Assembly (NCBI GenBank): GCA_035084275.1
Contig: CM068756.1
Coordinates: 14,632,001-14,696,000 of the forward strand
DNA from: Hydrolagus colliei
Lineage: Eukaryota
Reading direction: 5' to 3'
Length of the DNA: 64,000 nt
Positions 22,486 to 33,994 of the stretch are shown in pieces. Position 1 is the first letter of the stretch; the number at the start of each line of letters is the position of its first letter. The notes beneath the pieces were generated by a model, which saw only the letters and a list, made by a program, of their open reading frames with translations, searched no databases and was not told the origin of the DNA. The position numbers and the translations under genes were made by a program.

Positions 22486-23319
22486 ACAGACTCAAAGTAA
22501 ACAGCATATGAGTATAGAATATGCTCAAATACAGGTGAAAACCACAGCCGATCAGCCGATTACTGATGCATTTTGTTTTTAGTTCTCCATCCCTGCAGAG
22601 AAATGTCTTTCATGCTTTTCAATTAGTGTCACTTACTTATTTGTGGAGATTTATTGCAGGAAAATATTGATGCTTAATTCTATTAATGTACTTATGTGAT
22701 AGTTAGAATATAGTTTCATGTCAATTTATTGACGTCTCTGATCACAAAAAGGAGCCTCAATTAAATACATTTAAATCACCAATAAACACCCAATTCCAAA
22801 TTGTATTAAATAACGAACACAACGTATTACAAAATGTTATATAAAGCATATAAAGCATTTGGCCTCATGAAGGGATGAAGTGGTGTAACGTATTTTCTGA
22901 ACATTTGAATAAAAAACGATTGTGAAACAAAAATCACGCTGTTTTCTTGATTAATTACTTTGCGTCTTTACTATTGGTAAAACAACACGTGGTTTCGGTT
23001 AGCTTGAAAGCTGTTCAACAACTTATGGTACAATTCATTTACCACAAAGGAAACGTTAATGCGTAGGCGTGTTAATGGTCACATTTCTGTTAATATATGC
23101 CTAACAGGAAGCAACCAAACTTTCAAATGTGCTATTTCTGATGTATTTCAGTTACACCAAAGTTCCATTACAAGTGACCAGCTTCTTATATTAAACACGG
23201 GCATGGTTTATTGACATCGATATTCACAGATTAGTATTTATTTCAGATCAGTGGTGGAAACCGTAATAAGCATTGAGATGAAGTAACGAGGCGCTATATC
23301 AAATGAAATGCATATTAAT
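21768..23319. repeat. Perfect 59-bp inverted repeat pair (21768-21826 and 23261-23319)
   Basis: ccgtaataagcattgagatgaagtaacgaggcgctatatcaaatgaaatgcatattaat is the exact reverse complement of 21768-21826. Confidence 0.95.
22435..22534 (+). CDS. R2 Tyr module 2, truncated (ITIM IIYTTL then TGA at 22483-22485)
   Basis: TKQMGTDDKIIYTTLD*; an out-of-frame remnant IEYAQIQ and a donor follow. Confidence 0.65.
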
Positions 23320-24655
23320 GCACAATAGTTTTATCAGTGGAACAACAAACACCTGATTGTATCTTAAGAACAAGGCAACAGTGGGCATCATGGAAAATGT
23401 TCCTGGATCAATATCAGTAAAGCATGGATTATACAGAACATAGACATACAATTCATAGATCTGCTTCCACATTGTCATAAATTCTGCTTAGTTTTTGTCA
23501 ACAGAGTTTCTGGTACATAATGCGGAACCCCATTGCTTAATAAAATCTAAACCAGGCTGAAAGTTCCACCCAGCCTAAGTCTTTCTCACAATATTTGTAT
23601 GAACTAAAAATCTTCTCATTCATCATTATTATTATTAATAATAATGTGCAAAGTTAATGAAAGCCTTGTTATCTAGTGACAACATTTTCAATGGTTTTAA
23701 ACTTTTTGAGGTCATTGTGTGCTTTTCGTTTTTCCACCCAACCCCGCTCAGGAATATTCACATACGAGGAAAGCACTAAATTGTTCTGCCATCCGTACCA
23801 CATACATATGGAAAATTCCCAATTATCTAGAATGAATTGCACACTCTCTCTTTCACGAGGGTCGCACTCTGCTTATCTAATTTTGAAAATTATTAGAGGA
23901 CAGGTTAGCATACGCCAATGTCTCCATCAATATAAAGAAACAATCTAATTAGTTATTACAGTTCATTGTCACAAATATATTCTATATGTACACATAAATA
24001 TAAATATAACAAGTTGGCTGACATAAATTAAGAAAATAATAAAATGTGATCTTTCCAGTAACTTTCTGAAAAACTTTATGAGACTTTCCAATTTAAAAAT
24101 CACCTTTAGAAACGCTCCTTGTTTAAGTATCTGCTGTAGTAATGACATAGCCACTAAAAATGATTACTGTTTCTACCGGCTGTTTCATCTCTATCAAACT
24201 ACTTTGACAATCCGCCTTCTTCACAGTTCAGGAAATGCTTCAATACAGCGTTTTTTAGGCAGATGAATGCATGAGCCAATAAACCACACCGTGCTTTTGC
24301 ACTCCATATATGGTAAAGTTCATGCCGTGCTGAATCCGCTGAATGCATGGTGGTAATATAATAGGAAAACATCAGCAGAAAATTAATGTACAAATATATT
24401 GATATAACCAAATGGTAAAACAGTGAATTGTGGTGCTCTGCACAGAAGCCAGAATTAAGCAATTGTTAAGAGGTGTGTCTGCCTGGTTCAATTGGTAACA
24501 TTCTTGCCTCTGAGACCATCACTGGCTTTGGAAATCGCATGGTCCAGGGTGGTTGCAAGCGATAATACTGAGTGTGTTAGAGGTCCCATCCATCAAATGA
24601 GATGTTTCCTGCCTGTCTATTCAGATGGAAGATAAAGATCATATGATACAAATAC

Positions 24656-24955
24656 TAATAATAATCCTTGCATTTGATATAGTGCTTTTCACGCCTTCTA
24701 GACAGACGTCCCAAAGCGCTTCACAGAATATACTATAAAATGAATTGACTGTATATTTGTGGGTGAAACACAGCAGTCAATTGTGCACAGCCGTGTCCCA
24801 CAAACATTCATGGATTTAAATGACCAATTTTTTTTTTTGAGCGATCATTATGAGGCATGTGGAGTAAGGAAACTTGCCCGAGGCTTCACCCTGCCTGGAT
24901 TTGAACACAGGTCTCACTGTAAGACAAGTGCTCTAACCACTGAGCTATAGGACTC
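24656..24955 (-). mobile_element. tRNA-derived Deu-type SINE
   Basis: Full-length family match. Confidence 0.85.
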
Positions 24956-25099
24956 ATGTATTTGATTCTATGTTGTTTTTAATGTTTAATATATGTAGAT
25001 GTACCAATGCGCTGTATTTTCTAAAATGATGAATAATCCAAATTTTGGTTGCAAGGACTTCCCATGGCACTTGTTAGTTCTAGTGCCAATCATTGCCAC

Positions 25100-25660
25100 C
25101 TAATGATTCAACTAAGGGAGTGGGGAGATAACTGAAGGCATGGCCAAACAGGAGGATCAGGATACTGCCCTTGATAAAGGTAAGAAGGCAAGTCAGAGAC
25201 AAGTGAAATGGAGCTTCAGACAGCTGAGGTAGATAGATTGAAATCTTGACTGCCGATGATGGATTGAGTTAGAGTGGGGGACATGGAGCAGTCTGGTGTC
25301 CATTGATCAAGCGGTTGGGATAGTACTGTTGAATTGGTCACAGAGGTATGGTAGGGCAAAAACATGCAGGGATTTGAAGGTAAGGGTGAAGAAATTCAAT
25401 CTTATACATTGAGGGATTGTGCAACCAATGGAGTAGGATGTGAATCAGGACCATTGGTTGCCAGAGCTTTTTGCAGAACTGCCAAAAGTTGCAAAGTTCT
25501 GGATAGCCTATAGCTTCTTTTGGGAAGAGTCGGGCAGTCTGGTGAGCAGAGCTGGTTAACAAATCAAAAGACAATATTGTTAGAAGTGAATGGATACGAG
25601 GATACGATACACAGATGTTTTGGAAGTGAGCTTGCACAGTAATTGCAGCGCCACCCTATG
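25100..25660 (-). mobile_element. Old L2 ORF2 C-terminal fragment
   Basis: HFQNI..., IQNFA and LHWL...LTFKSL remnants on the minus strand. Confidence 0.55.
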
Positions 25661-25814
25661 ACATTATAAGGGAAGTGAAGGTTTCCTCCATGACCAACTG
25701 ATCAATAGTTGGAGGCATATTTTACTTGGAAAAGTGGCACCATTCAAACCATTATTCAATGTTTGTGAAATTATTCTTTTCCAAAATTATATACAACTTT
25801 ACGAAATAAAAATC

Positions 25815-26313
25815 CCGCACCCACCTCCGCTACCACATAACCCCCACCCTCGCCCGTCTCCACTGGCTCACCATCCTCCAGAGGATCGAGTTCAAGATCC
25901 TTGTCCTCACCTTCAAGACCTTACACGGCCTTGCCCCGCCCTATTTAACCGATTTACTCTCCTCCTATAAGCCCACCCGGACCCTCTGCTCAACAGGACT
26001 TGGCCTGCTCCAAGCCCCCCGCCCGAACCGCCCCACCATCGGAGGCCGGACCTTCAGTTTCTCCGCTCCCACCTTATGGAATGCCATCCCTCAATCCCTC
26101 CGTCTCGTTTCTTCCCTTTCCTCTGTCAAGGCCGGTTTGAAGACTTTCCTCTTCGATCGTGCCTTTTGTTCCCCCCCGAACTTTTCGACCTCCCCTTCGT
26201 GTCTCACCCCTTCCCAAACACCCTCCTCCCAGCTCGGGTCACACGCCTCCTGTGCAGCGCCTTGGGACGTCCTCCCGACGTGAAAGGCGCTTTATAAGTG
26301 TAATTTGTTGTTG
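25815..26313 (+). mobile_element. Young L2 3' fragment
   Basis: High identity to the other young L2 copies. Confidence 0.9.
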
Positions 26314-28135
26314 AATGCAACAAAAATGAAAGAATATTAAATTGTTCATTTCAATCCACTGCTGTTTGTAGGATAATGCTGTGAGCAATTGGCTGCCGTG
26401 TTTTACCACAGAATTAAATTAATTCCTTTGCCAGTATTTCATCTTGAAGGAAGTTTAGCTCAAAGAACACCTTGTTGTAACTATTACTAAGATTCGGGCA
26501 AGAATGTCAGTAACGTCACGGCAAACTTTGCCTTCTTAATTTCATCTAAAAAAAACTTTAACGTTGTTGCCAATCGTATTTGTGATTCTGATGAGCCGTT
26601 AAAAAGAGATGCTTAGTTAGAAATAGTACTAGACTAGACTACTACGTATTAATCCCCCAATGCAACAGAATCATGATGTTTCTTGGTCTCATATTTCACC
26701 ACGGCGAATTGTAACTCCCTTTTGAAGACAACCGGCAGATTCAGAGTTAGTCTTAATTGTGATCAGGATGTCAGAATTAGATCAGAATTAGATAATCAGG
26801 ATATGTCATTGCTTTCCAGTTACTGGAAAATGTCCCAATGTAGATGCCATATTAGCTCTTATTCTAGCTCTGATTCCCTGCAGAATATAGTCTCTTAGTT
26901 TGATATGTGGAGCACCTGTAACTTGGTGGTTAGAGCCTTGTCTTCGCAATTTACACCCATCCACATGTAAAACTTGCTCAGAATATTTTTTACTCTCTTA
27001 TGAAAATGCATTCCATATGTTGTTACTCCTCTTGATCTTCATCTTGAAAGGGTCAGATAAAATACCCAAGCTATTGGCACAATCATCTATTTTCATAATC
27101 ATAAAAATATGTTCAGGTAAAGGGTTAAAGTTGATTATATATGGCTAGTATATTGCAGCTTTATTGACATTGAAGCTAGTACCACTTCAACCGAATGTAC
27201 CTGAAAAATAGTCAGTGTCACCACGGCAAGGAGACATCCGAACTGCTTTACTTCCATGTATTTATATTATATAAAGTCGCCAAAGCTAACAACAAATGCT
27301 GGAAACGTTGAAGCTGGTTTTAAAATAGTGCAATTGTTGAGTTTATCGCCTCCCAACACACTGAGCACTGCAACGTCAAGTCAACATAGAATTTGTAAGT
27401 TCCATGTCCAAGCATACAGCCTGAACTCTGACGAAAAACCGCACGCCTGAAAAACAAGTTTAAGTTTATAATAACGAAGCTCTACTTCTATCATCTAAAA
27501 CACTACCAGTTTATACCGGACCCGAATCGAACACAACGTGAATTGAGTTGTAGGATCCTGCCTCACTGTTGTCTTAATTTTGCAGTTATTGATGTTGTGC
27601 TATTGGATTCCCTGTTTCCATTGAGCTAATTTTGACGGCAATCGTTCAGGACTATTTTAGATTTGATCCCCTTGAAATATAAGACATCCATTACCTTCAT
27701 TAGAAATACAGTTCCAATTTTAAACCCCTCTACTCGGCGTAAATAATAATAATAATGCATGCATTTGATATAGTGCTTTTCATGTTTGCTAGACTCCTCA
27801 AACCGCTTCACGTATGTCTTGTAACCACCACCATTAGTGGCTTTTTTTTAACCACTTTTAACCACTTTTTCCTTACAGTCTGGAAACTCTCTCCAACATA
27901 ACGCCATCTCGTCCCTTGCTGATTCCAAACTTTTCGAAAGATATCTCGCTTTTTAGAAACTTCTATCATCCCTCTCTCCTCTCTCTCTCTCCCGCCCACC
28001 TCCGCTCTCCGATCTTCTTCTGATTTATGATGCTTTGCCCACCAACCATGCAGAAGTTTGGTGAAACTTCAGTCCATTTCACTGATAGCACAGAAGAGTG
28101 TTTGTGAAAATTGTGAAAATATATATATGGCTTTC

Positions 28136-29623
28136 CAAGGCCGTACGCAGGGGGGGTGCGACGGGTGCGTACGCACCCCCCCAAATTATAAAAGGTCCAC
28201 ATTTTCCGGGGTAGAGAATTGTATTTTTTATCAAATTTAAATACCAAGTAAATTTATTGAACATTTGTGCAACAATCAGTTCTTCAAAACTATGTATAAA
28301 TTATAAACTCACATCTTTGAATGATTTAGTATTAATATAAAATTATCGAGTCGCACACCAGAATCGGCGTCTCCCCAAAACATACCGCGTCGATAGACCA
28401 GTCCATGACGCGGCGAGTCTGTGACTCGTGATTGGATAAACATAGGCGCCAAGACTCAAATCTATCCTCGTTTGGAAATCATCCCGTAAACAGCCACAAG
28501 GGGCAGCACCACTACTGGAGTTAAAATCATCTTTTCATCTGATCACCGTAAGTAAACATTACTCAAATTTTGAGAGGTGTGACTGTAATGCTAGCAAACA
28601 ATGACAACATATTTACAAGATTCTGAGAAATTAAAGCTTTTGAGAACCCAACAAAAAAGTTATATGTGTCTGGACGGGAATGCCTATCTTTAAAAAAAAT
28701 ACTCATGGACGTAGACCTATGCATTAGCGCCTATTCTACGTGGTGTGTCAATCGGAAATCATCCCGTATACAGTCACTACATAAAAAGGTAGCACCACTT
28801 TGTGGAAGCTGAAATCGTATTTTAATCTGATAAATGTAAGTAAAAATGACTTAAGTTTTGATAGGCGTGTTTCTGAAATATCATGTTTCTTGTTTTGTCT
28901 TGATTATCACATTTGATTTATATTATTAAAGATGTATTCCTGTCATTAAAAATTGCTTTTAGAGACGTCCACTGGCGTGCAAAAAACATATGACCGCAAA
29001 GATAAACAGTGCGACTTTATTTCACGTTCAGTTTTGTACCCAGAGTGAAAAAACATCAATGTCGCACGAATTTGGCATAAAAATAGTTTCACCGTCATCT
29101 GATCGAGCGAACTCGGACATTGACAACCACACTTCTCCACTGATCCCTTCTCTCCATGCAGTCTGAAAACTCCCGCCCGCCAATACCCGAATCGCGCTCC
29201 AGAGTATCGATGTAGGTTAGGGCCGGTCTACCTCGTGTTCTGTGACCGTGCAATGGTTCCCATAGGATAGTAGCACTATGGACAGTTTCCTCCCGGCTTC
29301 TCCAGCTATGTCCGCTAAACCTAAGACGCCTCTGCAGTAATGTCTGTGATACCAGTGTGGTGGTGTACCATATAGCTCACTATTTGTCAGATGCTGTCGC
29401 CAGTAAACGTTCAGGGCGTCTCTTAGAAGCCTCGTATAAACCTCATGAGTCATCTAATCTCCTGATCTTCTGAACCGATTAAATAAGACCTCCAACTGTG
29501 TAAAACGTCGGAGCCTGGAGGGGGCTTCGGGGGCTTCGGGGGCAGCCCCCAAGCCCCCGGACATTGTTGGTCCCATCACTAGCAATTCGCACCCCCCCAA
29601 AAAAAATCCTGCGTACGGCCCTG
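28136..29623. mobile_element. Non-autonomous TIR DNA transposon (hAT-like) with 5-bp TSD
   Basis: TIRs CAAGGCCGTACGCAGG / CCTGCGTACGGCCCTG; CTTTC duplicated at 28131-28135 and 29624-29628; G/C-rich subterminal palindromes; CpG-rich. Confidence 0.75.
29095..29462 (-). mobile_element. RTE-clade LINE 3' fragment nested in the TIR element
   Basis: YTRLLRDALNVYWRQHLTNSELYG then (frameshift) RRLRFSGHSWR...LWEPLHGHRTRGRPALTYIDTLERD...W...*, typical of an RTE ORF C-terminus. Confidence 0.75.
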
Positions 29624-30116
29624 CTTTCAGAAATTGCACCGAGAACACAAATCTAAAATGGTCGTTTAATACAGTCACAGCAAACTTTGTGAATTTAAGT
29701 TATTTTACTTTATCTTTTAGATTCTTGTAATCCTTTAGATTAGACAGAGTACAGAGGACTCGCCTGCCTCTTCGGGTGGACATTAAAGATCCCATTGCAC
29801 CATTGAAAAAGAGAACGAAGTGTTTCCCAGTGTCCTGATGAACAACCCCTCAAATAAGATTGCTCATTCCCTTCACGGTTGTTTGTGGGCCATTAGATTC
29901 TTTGCCAATTACTCCCACAGAAACACATTGTCCACTTTACAATGTATCCTGTTAAGCGCTTTGAGCCCTCTCCTGACTGAAAGACGCCAAATCCAATGAA
30001 AGCGTTATTATTATATGGCATGTGATAAGATGAATAATTGTAAGCATCTTTAAAGTTGGTAACATTTTTTTTCTGGAATGGCAAAATTGAATAGTGTAGT
30101 TTATTGAACAACCCAC

Positions 30117-30154
30117 AGACAGGAAATAAAACGTCACAGCCTCCAATTCATTTT
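30117..30154 (+). promoter_or_regulatory. R3 proximal promoter block (ETS-like ACAGGAAAT + ACGTCA half-CRE)
   Basis: Aligns with 54575-54612 upstream of the R5 ATG although the surrounding sequence is diverged. Confidence 0.4.
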
Positions 30155-30207
30155 ATAAACTCCCTGTGACCCATCGCAGCAGACCAGCGTCGATTTTAAA
30201 GCCAACG

Positions 30208-30259
30208 ATGGCGAGTGTTGTGTTTCAGTATTTCTCTCTGATGGGGATGCTTTGCACAG
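30208..30259 (+). CDS. R3 leader exon
   Basis: MASVVFQYFSLMGMLCT, ACAG|gtaggt. Confidence 0.85.
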
Positions 30260-33200
30260 GTAGGTAAGGAGTCTGAGGAAAAAGAAGACAGACTAAGCCA
30301 TTATTATTTGTATCAACTCAGCATCAATGTTGCTTTATCCTCATCTATTTATCTCCTGCTTTATATTTCTCTATATTGATTTTCATCGGCATATATTTTA
30401 CTCAATCGGTGTTTGAATTACTTCTGATAGTTGCTGGCGATACTTCGATGAAAGTGACTCAAGTTCCCAGGCGCACAACTACAACCAAAGGTGAAAACGT
30501 CAGCTTCTACTGTGCCACTCCCTTCTTGGAAGACAAATCAGGTATAAAAGTGTACTGGTGGAAGCTTGGGAAGAGGGGGTACCTGCAATCAAGGCCAGAT
30601 CCCAGGAAAATATTTGGTTTCCAACAAGGAGGAAGCGGCTTCTTTCAGCTCCTGGATGTGAATTTCCAGGACTCTGGAGTTTATCACTGCGCTCTGGTGT
30701 TACAGGGGAAAGTAGCAGCAAATGGAACTGGATCCACTTTAACTGTTTTCCGTAAGTGTTAAACCAGCGTAGATCTGGACTGTTACTATCTACACGTGTT
30801 ACCCAAACATAACTAACTAATACACTATACTATAGCGTACACTACACTATACTCTGAAGAGAATCAAAGCTAGACTAAGGGCCACATGTGTGTATATTAT
30901 CTTTAATAGGAAATTTTCCAGTGCCTGGAAAGGAATGACGTTTCCTGATTACCTAATTCTGGAGAGTATTGGTTGGGAAGTGCCAAGACTTGGGTCGCGC
31001 TGGAGGTTCATCTACTAAAGCCGCACCTATATCCAGCATTTGAAACTTTAAGGCACAGTCTAGCAAGCTTCCTCGTGTTTAGGTAGGGCCGACCAACGCA
31101 CCGTTACTTATTTGTCTTGCCCGATTAAACAGGAGCTGAATGGGAAGAATCTCTGCCTCCATGACTGTCTGCCTCTAATCCCTGCCGATGAGCCGGGCTG
31201 TTTGGTCAGCAATGTCCAGGATTTCTCAGGACCCGTCAATGTTAGGAATAGAAATACTGACACAGAGGATTGACGGAGTTCCCACATTCGTTTACTAAGC
31301 GTTTCGCATGGAGTCAGTTCAGCTGCAAGAAGACCCCATGGACCACAATTGGGTCATCATTTAGGCGATACAAACATGGTAAACAAGCAAGTAACCAAAT
31401 CAATGCAAATCAAAGATGATTAATAATAATCCCCCCCAAAAAAGCGCAATAATAAAATTGGTCATTTCAATCCACGACTGTTTGTGGGACACTGCTGTGC
31501 ATAATTGGCTGCCACGATTCGCACAAAAATATACAGTCAATTCACTTTACGGTATATTCTGTGAAGCGCTTTGGGACGTCGATAAGATGTGAAAAGCGCT
31601 ATATCAAAATGCAAGGATTATTATTATTAGTTAATATCGATGGGTGTATTCCGAAATTAATTCGGATATAACTTTACAAATAACACAACTTAGAGTTGCT
31701 CGAAATGTTTGAGATATCTATGCATAGGTGGGATCAATTGAATTCTCAGTTTATTGTGGATACGATTTTAGCAGGTTGTGACGGATTTTCGCATCGATAC
31801 CAGCCACTCGGCTGACTAAAAACAATTGTGGTACGGAATACTTTGGTGAAGACTGAAATAGCAAATAGAAGCTGAGTGTGTTTTAATGCCGCCCGTTTTG
31901 AAAATATTCACTTAAACGTGAACTACATTCTTAAATAATAATGTGCTTCGTGGACTTTTGACAACTGTGATCGCTGGTGAGTGAATAAAATACTATAATA
32001 ATAATAATCCTATCATTTGATATCATGTCTTCTAGTCTCAAACTCTTCATATAATATACTGTAAAGTGAAAGTAAAATGCAAAATACTGCAGATGCAGGA
32101 AATCTGAAGGGAAAACAGAAATCGCTGGGGACACTCAGCCGGCCAGGGAACATCGATACAGAAAGAAAAAGTTTTGCTGCTGAGTGTTCCCGGCGATTTC
32201 TGTTTTTGATACTGTAAAGCGAATTGGCCGTGTGTATATATGGTTGGAAACCGGCAGCCAATTGAGCACAGTGGTGTTCCACAAACAGCCCTGGATTGAA
32301 ATGACCATTTTATTTTTGTTCAAGGGATTATTATTTGGCGTGTGGAGTAAGGGAATTAGCCCAAAGTTTCGCCCTGCTTGGAATCAACCCAGGTCTCTCG
32401 CTTGTAAGGCGACCACTGAGCTACAGGACTCCACATGTGCTATTATCGAGTAACACATTGAAAGAAATATATATATATTATGATCAAGTTTTCGCAAAGA
32501 AATCGGAATAAAATTTTCCTCAGACATTGTGTAATTCAGTTCCATTATCTAATTTACAGTTCCACCAACGCCGCTGAAGATAATCCCAATGTTTACGAAA
32601 CGTAATCCATCTGTGTCTCTGACTCTTGTGTGTCAAACGGCTGTGTATTACCCGGAGAATCTCACCCTGACTTGGTATAACAATGTTACTGAAATTACAA
32701 CCGGAATAAATACCACTGAACAGCAGCATCCAGATGGATTGTGTAGAACTTCCAGCTCACTGGAGGTGGCACCACCTGTCTTGAATGGGACTGTTTATAC
32801 CTGTACTGTATCACACATCAGCCTCCAGGCTTCAGAAATCGCCAATTACACAGTTCAGCTTTCCGGTGAAGGTAATGTGCAAGACATCTTACTGACAATC
32901 TGAACTGTTTTTTTCACACGATTTTTAAATTTATTGTAAAGCTATTTGAGCCTGAATTGTATCACACAATAGCCTCCAGACTTCAACAAAGCTAAAATAG
33001 GTAGTTCCCTTTTCTTAAGAAGTTATCATTTTTAACATACAAGCAATCTTACTGTCATCTATTGTGACTTTCAACATGCATGTTAGAATTGGTTTTAAAA
33101 ATTCTTTAATAAAAAAAACTACAATATTAGATATTAGCAAGGTATTTGCCTCATACAATAGCAACATTTCACTAAAGATAAAAAAAATTCAAACAAAAAC

Positions 33201-33994
33201 ACAACAGCATCTGAATTCTGATGCAACCTGCAACTACTGAAAGTATAAATAAATTCTCGGGTCATTGCCATATTTATTTTTTTAATATTGAATGACGCAC
33301 TCCATCACTTCACCTCGTCTAACGCTGTTATGTTGGAAACGTAAACATAATTATGTCGACATTTAATTGCTGAATTAAATGTCCAGGGCAAGCCAGCTTG
33401 TTTTCTTCACGTACTGCAGCATACTTACAGTAAATAGATTATGGTAAATATTTTCTGCCTGTTGTATTCTGGTTTGCTGTCTGCTAAGCAACAAGCTGAT
33501 GTAAGCATTTAAATTGAATGAAAGTAACAACCTGTCATTAAAATATACTAATTAATACCGAGCAGATGAGCCTTTGCTTTACAGTCTGTCATCTGTGTTG
33601 CACTCGGGCTGCTCTTGTAGCATAAAAGTCACCCTTTCATTGTTTTAATATTGACGGTATTTTCTACAATTAAACTATTCAGTAGATTCTCTTTGTATGG
33701 AATTACAGGACATTGTGTTTTTAAATGATAGCTGTCCCAAAGACTTTTCATTAAGTTTCACAGTTTTAAGTTTACAATTGAGCATCCTATCATGTCGTTG
33801 CTCAGAGGAGTCTAAAAACTGCATTTCAGTTTAAATACACGTAATAATTCATATACATTCTTGTGAATCTGTCGTTACTTTGTTGGTTTAGAGTTCAGCA
33901 TCTACAACATTTTCCGATTTCCATTGAGCGCATTGGTAATGCTTGTTTTGGCGTTTATCGCTGTGGACCATTTCAGAATCTGCCCTATTTAAAG
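30208..33994 (+). CDS. R3: activating-type V-C1-TM(Arg) receptor with no signalling tail
   Basis: Leader 30208-30259, V 30431-30751, C1 32560-32871, TM 33892-33992 (TAA). The spliced ORF is 261 aa with no cytoplasmic Tyr motif. Confidence 0.85.
30431..30751 (+). CDS. R3 V-set (VJ-type) Ig domain exon
   Basis: KVTQVP...FYC...KVYWW...DSGVYHC...ANGTGSTLTVF; 321 nt, phase 1-1. Confidence 0.95.
31990..32432 (-). mobile_element. Deu-type SINE carrying the same hairpin insertion (32071-32208)
   Basis: atactgtaaag(t/c)gaa duplicated at 32056-32070 and 32209-32223; the insert matches the ends of 3549-3747. Confidence 0.8.
32560..32871 (+). CDS. R3 C1-set Ig domain exon
   Basis: LVCQTAVYYPENLTLTWYNN...DGLCRTSS...YTCTVSH; 312 nt. 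Confidence 0.95.
33892..33994 (+). CDS. R3 transmembrane exon with N-x-x-R motif and stop
   Basis: ggtttag|EFSIYNIFRFPLSALVMLVLAFIAVDHFRICPI* followed by AG|gtaagg. It is in phase with the C1 donor and is the only convincing TM-like exon I found between the R3 C1 and the next leader. Confidence 0.8.

Noticed and set aside
30700-30800. Recombination signal sequences around V exons (rearranging Ig/TCR locus)
   Set aside because: Each V already ends in a J-like motif followed directly by a splice donor. I saw no heptamer-spacer-nonamer at the V ends; the CACTGCG inside YHC is coding sequence.
33421-33510. Alternative TM exon for R3
   Set aside because: Phase-compatible acceptors lead to immediate stops and the hydrophobic stretch is short; 33892-33994 fits far better.
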